Of a stretch of DNA of 64,000 nucleotides, positions 24,619-37,200 are shown piece after piece. The stretch comes from Podarcis muralis. Taxonomy: Eukaryota. Position 1 is the stretch's first letter. Every line of letters starts with the position of its first letter. The notes under the pieces are model-generated. The model saw nothing but the letters and a program-made list of their open reading frames with translations. It was not told the DNA's origin and searched no databases. Made by a program: the position numbers and the translations under genes. The stretch spans positions 25,048,001 through 25,112,000 of the forward strand of contig NC_135667.1 of NCBI RefSeq assembly GCF_964188315.1. Direction: 5' to 3'.

Positions 24619-27378
24619 GCTCAAATGGTCAAAAACCCCGTCCTTTCTCTATACAATTTTTGACCCATTAAGGCTTAAGCAAATAAAAGTGCACAAATAA
24701 TCTTTGGTGGGACACCAGGGTCTTGTTAAGCCTTGTGTTTATGCTGTGTACACTTGATTGTGGGATGGTGACAGTGAGGGGTTAAGCACTTGGGATGCCA
24801 TACTTAAACTTCAGACAGTATTTCACTGCATTTTCCTGATGTTTTATTACCTGATAATTTCCATGTTTTATGTTATTTCACATGATGTAAAAGCCACTTC
24901 TGAAAAACTAGCAGAATCTGTTTAGCACTGTTTAGCAGAATAAGTTTAGCACTCATTTCCATGTTATTTGCTTCCATAAAAAAATCATTTGCAACTCTGA
25001 AACCAGAAAATCACAGGAGTTTTGTGTTGTAATTTCAGGGCTCATCCACAATTCTATTTGTCTGGGAACCCCTTGATGGGGAATCCACACAGAACAGCAT
25101 GACATGTGGATAGCATAATCACATATGCAAAGCCAATCACAATCCAGCTGTCACAAATCCTGGGATTGAATTGACAGACTATGATGCAGAAGGGGGAAGA
25201 ATATGTGTGGGATTTGTGTGTGAGAGAATACTGGAAACCTCCATTGGAGGAAGCGGAATTCCCCCTTTCCATATCAGCTTCAGCTGCTTTGGAAGTGAAG
25301 AATACATACCTGCTCTCCCTCCTGTGGAGCAGAAAGCCCTGTTGAAGGGTGGCTGTGAACTAATCAGGCAAAGGAAGAAGGCTAAGTATAAGGCAGGGGA
25401 GGGGAGAGGAGCAGAGCAGAGATACTGAGTGAGATAGACCATACAGTAGGGCTGTCGTCCATCATTTTTTGGAGTTTTTGAGAAGAAGAAAAAGGCTCAA
25501 CAGCTTTTGGGGTGTCCTGGTTATTACTTCTTGAAATAAAACCAATTTTGGAAAGAGCAAAAAACAAGCACAGAACTACTGATATATCACAAGTGGTCTC
25601 TTATTTACTGCATTCACAATTATTTAAGATAAAATCTATTTTGGAATGAAACTACTTTTGCCGTTTTATGGGTTTTATTGTTTGTTTATAGATAGTTGCC
25701 TTGGTGATATTAACTTGTGTCTATTGCAGTAGAGACACCACCCTCTTTATTGTTTTATTGTAGGTGTTTGTCAGGCAGGATAAACCCATTTCATTTCGTC
25801 AGTCACACATACGTTTGCACACTGCTAAAGACTGAAGAATCTGTTTTCCATCTCTGATTGTGTGCCAAACTAAATATAACATGGTACTTGCAATTAGCAA
25901 CAGCATGAATTCATTGTCATTATCATCATTATCATTTTTTTTGCTGTGTGTTGTGTGCTGAGAGAGAATTGCAGTGGGGAATTTAATGGTGAAGTCTGGA
26001 TAGTTCACTCAGCAATTTATTTATGGCTGTGGTTCACAAGTTAGTTTGATAACAGTGAAATGCAATTAAATGTGACCTTGTACCACTCCGACCAACACTG
26101 CAAACAACAAGAGAAAGAACTGAACTCTTTCAACACACCAGGTCTAGAACAAATATGAAGATGAAAGATTACACATGTGAAATGGATTATAAATATATAC
26201 GTAAGATTTAACCAAGGTTGCTGTTTGTAAGGTGAAAACGTGGACAGCTGGAAGAATGGCTTGACAACAAGTGAAGGATGTCAAGTGGAGACTAAATAAG
26301 AAAGGATGTAGCGAAACAGTTCTAATAACATATCTTGGACATACGATTGCATCGGAAGTGGGAAAGCTGATTTTAAGAAATTGTATTAAATTAAAGTAAT
26401 TTGGTTTGACTGGAATAGTTTTGAAAATTAATAAAAATATTTTTAAAAAAACGAAAATTCAAACCAAGCACAACTAGATCAGACCCTTATGTTTGGGTGT
26501 TGACCTTTAACCATTTGCTTCATGCTGTAGTCTTGATCAGATATGAGTCTATGGCGCTATTTGCATTGGGAAGAACTTCCATTGGCCCAAGTTGGTGGTG
26601 GGGTTGGGAACCAGAAAACTAGTAGGGGTGTAACGGAGTACCCTGGAATAGGGCATGGTTGGGTGACTGGCTGGAGGCCTAAACAGGAACATTCCACACC
26701 AAAATATATTGCCTCAGATCCCACTTATGTTAGAAAAATGACAGTCTATCCACAACAGAAAACTGTGTTATCACAAATTGTTCCTTAATTCTTCAACTCT
26801 AAAATTAAAAATTATCAGGAATACTTTCAAGGAATTCACAGCTGCCTCTAGAGAGCTAAACGTGTTTGTAGAAAAAAATACTGTTGGAGATCTATAAATC
26901 ATATTTAAAGTACAATTTGAAACATTAAACTTGATGCCACTCAGAAACACAGTTACATTATTTTCATTAGCCTAGGAAAACAGCTTCTAGCGATGGTTAA
27001 TTTTCTCCTTCCAATAATAACATATTATAGTTTTCAGGGGCTTTTTTAGATTCCCAATTATAGAAATTGTTAATAACTACCATATTTGTAGGCTACTGTT
27101 TCCAGACAAGTTCAAAGAGTCATGAGTGGATAGTTTTTGTAGCAACTTACTGATCTGGAGTTGAAAGACAGTGGCTGTTCAAAGAATATACTGTGAGAGT
27201 TATCCATGAAAGAGGATTTTAAGTTTTAAACACCACAGAATTTCAATAGTTAGTTTGAAAGCTGTAATTAAGGTTCAATATCTCCAAAAAGAATGACCTA
27301 CAGAATATTTCCAGAACTTTCAGCTGAACCATATTTCTTTCTCATTCCAATGCATGCATGTAAACCCCTACATAATCT

Positions 27379-28386
27379 TCATTTACTTACATTGTCATTT
27401 AATACTACACAGTGTTGGGACCCTTCTTCCGTTTTCAGGACTCTGAGGTTAATTAAGGGGAAAATCTTTCTTCTGACTAAATGGTCCAGGGCCTCCTTGA
27501 CTTTTTTGTTTCTTAGGCTATAAATAAAGGGATTCATTAATGGAGTTATCACTGTGTTCAGTATGCTGGCTACCTTGTTGAGGTCCAATGAGTGATTTTT
27601 TTGTGGCTGAACATAAATGAAAATAGAACTCCCATAGAACAGTGTCACCACAATTAAGTGAGAGGCACACGTAGAGAATGCTTTCTGTCGTCCTTTTGCT
27701 GAGGGGATCCTAAGCACTGTTGCAATAATGAATATATAGGATACACTTGTCACCAGTAATGAGCCTAGGAGGAGCAAGGCTGAATTGACAAAATTAATAA
27801 TCTCAATCTTCTTTACATCAAAGCAGGCCAGCTTGAGAACTGGGTCAACATCACAAAAGAAATGGTTGATGGAATTGGGTCCACAAAATGGCAGCTGGCC
27901 TACCAGGATTGTAGGTGGTAGGACTGCAAAGAAGCCCCACATCCAGGAGGCAGCTATAAGTTGAAAACATACATGTGTGTTCATGATGGCTGCATATCTC
28001 AGAGGGTTGCAAATGGCCAGATAGCGGTCGAATGACATGATAGCCAAAAGGAAGAACTCTGTGGAACCTGTTGAGAAATATATGTAAGCCTGCAGGATGC
28101 AACTGTGGAAGGCGATAGATTTTCTTTGACTCATGAAATTGAATAGCATTTTAGGGATAACTGTGGTGGTGAATATAATCTCTAAAAAAGACAGGTTAGC
28201 AATGAGCATGTACATTGGGCTGTGAAGGCTGTTCTCACACCACACCAAGGTAATAACGATAAAGTTGCCTACCATAGCAACAGTGTAGGTGATGAAGAAT
28301 AAAATGAAGAGTAGCGGTTCAACCCTCTTAGTCCCAATGAATCCTAGGAGAATAAATTCATTCACAGTCCTTGTCTGGTTCCTCAT
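27379..28386 (-). CDS. Olfactory receptor, OR6M1-like paralog, intact, 335 aa with extended C-tail
   Basis: LHSPMY, IMSFDRY, KAFSTCASH, PLMNPFIYSLRN; uninterrupted ORF. Confidence 0.95.
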   Translation of the reverse strand: MRNQTRTVNEFILLGFIGTKRVEPLLFILFFITYTVAMVGNFIVITLVWCENSLHSPMYMLIANLSFLEIIFTTTVIPKMLFNFMSQRKSIAFHSCILQAYIYFSTGSTEFFLLAIMSFDRYLAICNPLRYAAIMNTHVCFQLIAASWMWGFFAVLPPTILVGQLPFCGPNSINHFFCDVDPVLKLACFDVKKIEIINFVNSALLLLGSLLVTSVSYIFIIATVLRIPSAKGRQKAFSTCASHLIVVTLFYGSSIFIYVQPQKNHSLDLNKVASILNTVITPLMNPFIYSLRNKKVKEALDHLVRRKIFPLINLRVLKTEEGSQHCVVLNDNVSK

Positions 28387-29144
28387 TATGCAGTACAGCT
28401 AATACAGTCACTTGAATAAATGGAGAGCAGCAAGATGAACAATTCTTCTTCTATGTTGAAATCTCTACATGATACAATGGTAGGGACACCATAAGTTATT
28501 TAAGCACAAAAGATGCTGGATGGTGATTCCTGTGGGATAATGCATGGAAATATGCATGAGAAACATCAGCTATGCTTGTTTAAACCCAGAGACAAAGTGA
28601 AAAGAGCGGTGTAAATATGGCTGCTAATTTGAACCTTTTTTATAGTTTGTTACTATAGATCACGGCAATTCAATATAAAAATTGATCCCCATTATGCAAT
28701 GTCTTGAATCTGGTCTTTGTTCTTATCTTAAACACTTTAAATAAATTTTAAAATGTTTATATCCCATTAATTTCCAAATGAAAAAATGTTTTCAATTTCC
28801 TAAATATTCCATTTTGAAATTAAAAGCACACAAAAGTGCTCAAATTTGACTCAGTTCTGATTATCATTTAATTTATCCAAAGTTATAGCATCTTCAATTT
28901 GAAATTGTATTGTTGAAACATTTTTTATAATGCTGCTGTTCTGCTAACATTACAGACTTCAGCTTGCACCCCTCTTTTCCTCTGTAGTGCTCCCCCCAGC
29001 ATCTGCTGCAGAGCACTGAAGGCTCCATCAGAGCAGATTTTGAGACCGCAAGGTGATAAGAGAGGAATGGGAAGCCCAGTTCTGCAAGTACAGCTCCCTG
29101 CATGCAACTTTAGATACAGCCCAAAGTATACATAGTTTTATATA

Positions 29145-29182
29145 ATTGTATTGTATTGTATTGTATTGTATTGTATTGTATT
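29145..29182. repeat. (ATTGT)n microsatellite
   Basis: About 7 direct units. Confidence 0.9.
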
Positions 29183-29989
29183 TTAGAAGGAAATTCCCTC
29201 TCCTTCCCTAGTAGAATAAATTTTAGGCCAACACAAAGGAAAAAAGAAAGTGGATGGCACATGAGTACAGATAACAAGGGAAGTAGGAAAGAAAAGAGAA
29301 TCATGTGTACCTCTCTCAGGTTTTCCTCTGTAACCCGTTCCCACAGTGTCTCATGGAAACCCTTAACTCCCATCCTCATGCCTTTCTTTCTCTTATACTC
29401 ACTCATGTGTTTGGAAAAAATAAAAATTAACTCAGCTTATCAAAGACACCAACACCAATGACAACAATGTGGATGGTCCCATCGACCTCCGTGTTCTCTG
29501 TCTTGCCTCGTTTAGATAGCTGCAGAGATGAAAACAAAACACATATTTCCAATTTCACAGCAATAAGTAATTTGTCAATTTTGTGTTCTTCGGTTCTGTG
29601 GGCCATGGAATAGTTTTAACATTTGAAGCAGATTGGGCATGGGTCTGAGAGGAAAATAATACTTCATACTCTTAAATTTTCAAAAGTTTCAATTTAAGTA
29701 TTAGAGAAATTAGGAATCCACTTACCTATGTCATACCCTTAGGTTCTTTCCTTGCTGGTAGAGATTGAATCAGTACATTTCTGTTTCCTACAGAATATAT
29801 GGGAAAAGTTGTTCATCATACAATAGGTATATATCCCTAAGGGTCAAATTATGGCAAAACTTTCCTGAGTCAATACCAAAGCCCTTATATGCAGAATTTT
29901 ATAACATGGAGTGAATAATGAAATATTTCTGTATTAGGGATTTATAGATCAGTCCAGTGCTTAATCCTGTATGCAGTACCCCATCATAC

Positions 29990-30370
29990 AGTTTCCAAGC
30001 GCAATTCAAAGTGTTGGTGCTGACCTTTAAAGCCCCGAACGGCCTCAGTCCAGTATATCTGAAGTAGTGCCTCCACCCCCATCGTTCTACCCGGACACTG
30101 AGGTCCAGCGCCGAGGGCCTTCTGGAGGATCCCTCACTGCAAGAAGCCAAGTTACAGGGAACCAGGCAGAGGGCTTTCTCGGTAGTGGCGCTTGCCCTGT
30201 GGAACACTCTCCCACCAGATGTCAAAGAGAACAACTACCAGACTTTTAGAAGACATCTGAAGGCAGCCCTGTTTAGGGAAGCTTTTAATGTTTGATGCAT
30301 TACTGTACTTTAATATTTTGTTAGAAGCCGCCCAGAGTGGCTGGGGAAGCCCAGCCAGATGGGCGGGGTA

Positions 30371-30409
<39 letters not shown>

Positions 30410-30413
30410 GTAA
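29990..30413 (+). mobile_element. L2-clade LINE 3' end with (TAAA)n tail
   Basis: Translation FQAQFKVLVLTFKAPNGLSPVYLK; 3' UTR gccgcccagagtggctgggg...gggcggggtataaataaataaa. Confidence 0.85.
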
Positions 30414-30890
30414 ATAATATTCCCAACGTTTAAAATGTTGTCCAACATAGCTATTAATAAGATTCAATTAATAATATTATACTGTATTAGTATGATTCAA
30501 AAATGGCATTTATTCTCATCAGCACTCTTCTCTTCATTTTCCCCACAGCAAATAATTTCATTCTACCCTAAAGGTGTAACTGATATTCAATTAGCAGTTT
30601 AAATGAATCACTGTGGTACTTGAAGGTATTATATATCAATTATTTCAACCACAAGAGGCAAAAAGGAAATGCAAACACAAGGATTATTATTATTATTATT
30701 TCTTTATTAGTATCATTTTTATATTGCTACATATTACTATTATAACTGAAAATGCTGGCAAAATATTGATTCAATGTAATAAAAATAATTATTATGAAAA
30801 CCAAATGAAAAGCATGTTGTCTGCTGAACATTGCCTATGTACTGAAGTCTCCAGACAGGAGCTGATAAATAGTATGTTCATTTATTGCCA

Positions 30891-31351
30891 GGAGCCAGTT
30901 TGGGGTAGTGATTTACAGTGTTGTACAAAGGCATGGGAGACCAAGGTTCCAATTCCCACTTAGCCATGAAGCTTACTGGGTGTCTCTCTGCCTAACCTAC
31001 CTCACAGGGTTTGGGGGAGGTTTTTTGGGGAAGGGAAAGAATCATGTACAGTGGAACCTTGGGTTAAGAACTTAATTCGTTCTGGAGGTCTGTTCTTAAC
31101 CTGAAACTGTTCTTAACCTGAAGCACCACTTTAGCTAATGGAGACGCCCGCTGCCGCCGTGCCACAGCCACGCGATTTCTGTTCTCATCCTGAAGCAAAG
31201 TTCTTAACCTGATGTAATATTTCTGGGTTAGCAGAGTCTGTAACCTGAAGCGTATGTAACCTGAAGCGTCTGTAACCTGAAGCATATGTAACCCGAGGTA
31301 CCACTGTATACCACCTTGAGCTCATTGGAAGAAAAGGTGGGATAAAAACAC

Positions 31352-31393
<42 letters not shown>

Positions 31394-31400
31394 GTAAGGT
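30891..31400 (+). mobile_element. Old Squam3-like tRNA-derived SINE interrupted by a MITE, ending in (GTAA)n
   Basis: Head ggagccagtttggggtagtg, ctaacctacctcacaggg, resumes after the MITE with taccaccttgagctcattggaagaaaaggtgggata; resembles 59330-60330. Confidence 0.6.
31049..31306. mobile_element. Tigger-like MITE
   Basis: TIRs cagtggaaccttggg ... cccgaggtaccactg; TA duplication at 31047-48 and 31307-08. Confidence 0.85.
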
Positions 31401-32269
31401 AATATTGGGGAATCTCTGAGCCAAATGCAACTATGTAAGCCTCTCTGTCTGGTTCTCAACACCAAATCCCTGAGGCGGAGTGAAGCACCCACCACAGGTG
31501 GCCAAAGCACAAGATGCAACACCCACCTCATCACTTCCACCACCACCAGAACACCTCCCCTCCTGCCAAGTTCAGCAAAATGGGAGGGCATTGCTGCTCA
31601 TCTTCCCTGCCCCTTGGTTGGAGAAGATAAGCGTCAACGTCTTGCAGACTGCCACCCCTCTTGCTGAGTTTGGCATGCAGCAGAAGTGGGGGTGGGGTGA
31701 GGGGTGGGAAGCAGCAGTGAAATGGGATGGGCCACCCCTGCTCAAGACTACCCAGGCCACAACAGCACCCACACCCTCAGGCCTCAGGGACACTCCAGAA
31801 GTGCATTGGCCTAGCTCACGTATCCCGGAACTATTATAATGCTCATTGTTTACATGGATGGTGTGTGTGTGCAGAGATGTGCTTGTATGGATTAAGAAAT
31901 CTCAGATGCATTAGGCTTGCCATACGCCTGGAAAATTCCAGACATGCCAGGAAATCGGAGACCTAAAATGGCATCCTGGGGGGAATTTTGAATTTTAAGA
32001 GATGTCTGGAATTTCCCGTACATGTATTTTTGTTAAGGTTTTCTGTTGTTTTTTCCAGGAACTGAGTGAAGCAGTACTCACCACAACAATAGTTTCTAGC
32101 AGCTGCAGAGACAGAACATAGGCCTAGCCCAGAAAATTTTCTAAGCCTGTTTCAAAGCCACCCAGGACTCTGCCATTCTACTGCCCATTTGCCCATTTTA
32201 ATTGTAGAGATCCTTCGAAACTGTTTACAATTTATTTTGTTTTAATCACTCTGAACAATTTGGTATCAA

Positions 32270-32370
32270 CAGCCACCGCTCACTGCTAACACTAGATCAT
32301 TTATGTACAAGTTCAAAAGCACATGTTTAATACCAAACATTGGGGGATTCCAGTTGCTACCTCCCTTCAT
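32270..32370 (-). mobile_element. Degenerate CR1-type reverse transcriptase fragment
   Basis: Minus translation ...VLLNLYINDLVLAVSG resembles the CR1 motif PVLFNLFINDLELGVSS. Confidence 0.4.
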
Positions 32371-33826
32371 TTGGGAGAACAGACTACCCCTAATCTTTGC
32401 TTCCAGATCTACAACAATATGTGAGATATGTGAGCAGAATTCCCTGATATAACTCAATAAGCAAGTTGTTTCTTCTACATGCTGGTAGCTTGTAGGAAAG
32501 CCCAGACATGCAAGGATGAGTCATCAATTAACATAACATTGAAACAAAGTCATCAATTAACAAAACATTGAAACAAAGGCTGAATCTAGAAACATAAAAA
32601 AAAAAATGTTTCAGGGAAATGCACTGTAAGCCTCCTAACGGGAAATCACATTGACCAAAGATGGAACCCCACAGTGCCATCTGGTGTCACAGTGCTATAA
32701 CACATTTAAAACACTTTTCTTTCTTTCTTTTTACTAATGTAGCTGATTCCAAAGACTCCATCTTCTTTTTTGCAGCTCTAACTGCACAAGCACCTTTTGC
32801 ACCTAGTACAGTTCTCTGCAAGGCATCTGCAAATGCAAACCTCCACACAACTTATATGCACATTAAACACATATTTTACAAAGAAGATGTCTCTTCTTTT
32901 TCTATCCTGCTAAGTTTAATCAGGAACATTTGATGAAGCACATTTTGAAACTTTAAGTATTATTGTTATTTAAATAAGTACACAATGTTTTATGGATTGC
33001 CTTTGTCTCTATGCTTCTTGACATTCTCAAATAAGCTTAAAGGTTTGTTAAGACAAGTCTTATGCTTGCAGAAGCCATGCTGCCTCTACTTCAGCAAGAC
33101 CTGTCCTTCTATATGCTTGAAAATGCTATTCCCATCCTTGAGTGTGAGCCAGTTCCAGCATCTCTTAGTTCCGGTGCCTCTCAGGTGGGCATCATTGCCA
33201 TTAAAAGAAAACAAGGGAGGCGTTTGTGGTGAGTTCTACCACCTTTTTTTCTAAAAAAATCAGCACTGACAGTAACTATCATATTATGCAAGCTGCATTA
33301 TTACTTTATAATAATCCAAAGAAGCAAAATTGGTCTTTTATATTCAGATGAATCACAACTCCGAAGCTTACAAATTATAATGATTGGAAAATATTTTATT
33401 TAAAATGTTCCAGAGCTTGCATCCTCTATGGGTGTCTGTGATGAACACAAAGTGATGGTTAAGTCCTTTTGAAAAGCAAAAGTTTTCTCATTATTTTCCC
33501 AACATTGTTTTTCATATCTTTGTTACGCAGAGTAAAGATCATTGAGTTCAGCATTGGTGTTAAAAGGCTGTAGAGGACTGAGGCAACCTTGTCTCCTGGA
33601 AATACCTTGAAAGGTCGGTCATAAACAAACATTCCTGGAACAAAGTTTAAGCTCATGACCATGATTTGTGCTGCACAGGTGGAAAGAGCTTTGTTCTTCC
33701 CTTCTGTGACATGTGCTCTAATCTTCACCAAGATGACAGTGTATGACACAAGCAAGATGAAGAAGATCAACGTGAGGAGCAGTCCACTGTTGCAAACCAT
33801 CAGCAACTCTGGGATATACGTGTCAG

Positions 33827-34091
33827 TGTTATGTAGTGTAGTTTCACCCTGGGCCAACAGGGGGATACTGTATATAGTTTTCACTCAGGTCTGTAGATAG
33901 TTTTCACTCAGGTCCGCGGCAGTTATTTTAGGCGGGAACTCTGGACTGTTGTGGTTACAATGTGACAGCCGGCTGCCTATAAATACAGGCCGGCTGAGCT
34001 GTTCACTGTCAGTTCTATTCCAGCTTACCAGAATAAAGAGCTACTTGAAGAAATCGCTGTGCCGGCTGCTATGTCAACCCACGACTTAACA
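33827..34091 (+). repeat. 5' LTR (265 bp)
   Basis: TATAAATA at 33978-85; AATAAA at 34032-37; identical to the 3' LTR except for 24 extra bp. Confidence 0.95.
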
Positions 34092-34092
34092 C

Positions 34093-34110
34093 TGGCGACG
34101 AAGGTGGGAT
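34093..34110 (+). promoter_or_regulatory. Primer-binding site, probably for tRNA-Ser(GCU)
   Basis: TGGCGACGAAGGTGGGAT is complementary (17-18/18 from memory) to the 3' end of vertebrate tRNA-Ser-GCU including CCA. Confidence 0.8.
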
Positions 34111-34286
34111 AGATGGACATCAGAGCACAGCCAGATGCGGCCAGCCTCTGAACTGAGCTGAATCACTGAGCTGAATCACAGAGCGAAATCACTGAGCGAA
34201 ATCACTGGGCAGAACCAGTTCAGAGCTGACTGTTCTGGCTAGAGCACTGTGTTCCATCCATCGCCCTTCACGCCGGCATCGGAATC

Positions 34287-37200
34287 ATGGCTTCACTTGT
34301 GCCTCTACCGCCGTTTGCGCCAGCCTCTGAATCATGGGACTCCTACCTCGCTCGGTTCGACTGCTACCTCCAAGCCAACGAACTGACAGCAGTATCACAG
34401 GATCGGAAGCGGGGCCTATTCCTCAGCCTCTGTGGGCCTGAGGTGTTTGCGACGGCCCGAGCGTTGGTTGCGCCTGAAGCAGTCCAGGCATCACCATGGG
34501 ACACGATCCAAGAGAAGCTCCGCAACCACTACGCACCAAAGCCGTCCAAGATTGCTGCCCGCCATGCGTTCTACCACAGGAACCAGGCAGAGGGGGAGTC
34601 AATCAACAACTACACCACCGCCCTGCGACAGGCTGCAATGCACTGTGAGTTCCGAGACTTAGACGATGCCCTGATGGATCGAATCGTCTGCGGGGTCCGG
34701 GACATCCATCTGCAACGGCGTCTCCTAGCCAAGCCAGACCTCACGCTACAGAAAGCCATTGAGGAGGCTGTGGCCTCAGAAGCTGCTGAACGCTCCGCTC
34801 AGGAGATCCGCAAGTCCAGCAGCCTGCGTCTTGCTAGGGAGCCCGTTCCGGTGCATCATGAAGAGGCCAGCAGTGAGGAGGCATCCTCCAGTGAAGACGA
34901 TGATGTGCACCAGACAAAGCGGGAGCGCAGGAAGTTCCAACAGAAGTCCAAGGGCCAACCGGAATGTGCTGGCTGCGGAGGCAACCATTCCCGTGCCAAG
35001 TGTCGATTCAGAGACGCCATCTGTAGGAGGTGTTCCAGAAGGGGCCACATCGCTAAGGTCTGCCGATCGGCTCCGTCTGACACCCCCCCTTCATCGACTC
35101 GCAAGTCCAAGTCTTCACTCCAGTCTGCCAAGGAAAGTTGTTTCGCTCTCACCAACTGCCGCTGCCCGTCTGGAACCACGATTGGCCAAACCGACTCGCC
35201 TACGAGACGCAAGCTGAACGTCACGGTGCTCATTGAAGGAGCTCCATGTGACATGGAGATCGACACCGGGTCTGCCCTGTCCATCGTGTCATGGAGCACC
35301 ATCAAAAGACTGGTACCCAGAGTGTCCAAAAGGCAACTCGACTCTCACCGCGTACACCTGAGAGACTACCAGGGAAACGACGTTCCCGTGGTAGGCGTTG
35401 GCCGGTTCCGGATCACCTTCAAGGAGTTTTCGGGCCTGCTCCGGTTGGTGGTGGTCGAAGGTCAGCGGCCAAGCCTCCTAGGGCTAGACTGGTTTGATGC
35501 CCTCGGCCTGGAAGTCACCGGCATCAACTGCATCTCTAACGCAGAGACTGAGGGTCTGGTCAAAGACTTTGCCGAGGTTTTTGACGGCACCTTGGGCCAA
35601 TATACAGGTACGCCCATCTCCTTTAGCCTGGATCCACAAGTCGCCCCCATCAAGCTAAAGCCACGCCGGGTTCCCTTTGCTCTCAAGGCTAAGGTGGACG
35701 AACAACTGGACAAACTGATCGCCCAAGGAGTTTTGGAGCCGGTTGACCACGCAAAGTGGGAAACCCCCATCGTCACGCCTGTCAAGCCAGATGGGTCGGT
35801 GAGAATCTGCGCTGACTACAAGTGCACGATCAACAAGGCACTTCAGCAGCACGCTTATCCGGTTCCTGTTGTCCAACACCTGCTGCATTCCCTGGGTGAG
35901 GGTAAGGTCTTCGCTAAGCTGGACCTTGCCCAAGCCTATCAACAACTGCCAGTCGATGATGCCACTGCTGAAGCCCAGACGATCGTCACCCACCGGGGGG
36001 CATTCCGTTGCCGCCGGTTGCAGTTCGGGGTGAGTGTGGCTCCTGGCATCTTCCAAGGCCTTATGGAGCGTCTCCTGCAAGGGCTTCCGGGCGTGGTACC
36101 ATATTTTGATGACGTCTTGGTGTCTGCAGACTCACACCAGCAGCTGTTCGAGCGCCTCCGTGCCGTGCTGACCAGGTTCCAGGAGGCCGGGCTCAAGGTA
36201 AAAAGGGAGAAGTGCCAGATCGCCGTTCCACAGGTAGAGTTCCTGGGCTATCTTATCGATGCCTCCGGTCTTCATCCAACCACATCCAAGATCCGCGCTA
36301 TCCAGCAGGCCCCCACTCCAAAGAACAAAACGGAGTTGCAGGCGTTCCTGGGGCTGCTGAACTTTTATAACATGTTCCTGCCCCACAAAGCCACAGTGGC
36401 TGAGCCTCTTCACCGACTCCTTAGCACTAAGACGCCTTGGGCCTGGGGTCATCGGGAGACGGCGGCCTTCAACGCGGTCAAGGCTCTCCTTTCTTCGGAC
36501 AGTGTGCTGGTACAGTACAGTGAATCCAGGCCACTGGTCCTTGCCTGCGACGCCTCACCTTTTGGCATCGGGGCTGTCCTTAGTCACCGTTTTCCAGATG
36601 GAAGAGAAGCACCGCTCGCCTACTTTTCCAGGACACTATCTCCGACGGAACGGAATTACAGCCAGCTCGACAAGGAGGCATTGGCACTTGTGGCTGGAGT
36701 GAAGAGGTTTCATGAATACCTCTATGGCAGGACTTTTGACCTCATCACTGACCACAAGCCACTCCTGGGCCTCCTCGCCGGTGATCGTCCAACTCCACCG
36801 GTCCTCTCACCACGCATGCTGCGATGGACTGTTTTCCTGGCTGCCTACCACTACCGGCTCATCCACCGCCCGGGGAAATCGATGGGCCATGCCGACGCCC
36901 TCAGCCGTTGCCCTCTTCCAGCATTTGTGGAAGACCCGGCTCCAGCTTCATCGCTCCTTCTGATTGAGGATCTTCCGGCAGCGCCTGTGTCGGCTGCCAC
37001 TGTGGCCTCTGCATCTGCCCAGGATCGCACCATCAGCCGGGTGCTCAACTGGGTGTGGAGGGGGTGGCCACAAGGGCCCTTTGCATCGGAGTTCCAGCCC
37101 TTCGCAACCAGACAACATGAACTCTCAGCTCATCGCGGCTGTCTGCTGTGGGGAGACCGCGTCGTGATTCCCCAGGGACTCCGTCAGCGCGTCCTGGAGG

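Larger units (their letters stand above)
16893..27192. repeat. Tandem segmental duplication, copy B (~10.3 kb)
   Basis: Colinear with 6517-16894; right end ...ggctgttcaaagaatatact matches the sequence left of the 16893 junction. Confidence 0.85.

Noticed and set aside
33822-33884. ORF-track chimera MKTIYSIPLL... from the antisense LTR reading into the OR 3' half
   Set aside because: It starts at GTG, not ATG, and no promoter is evident; treated as a chance open frame
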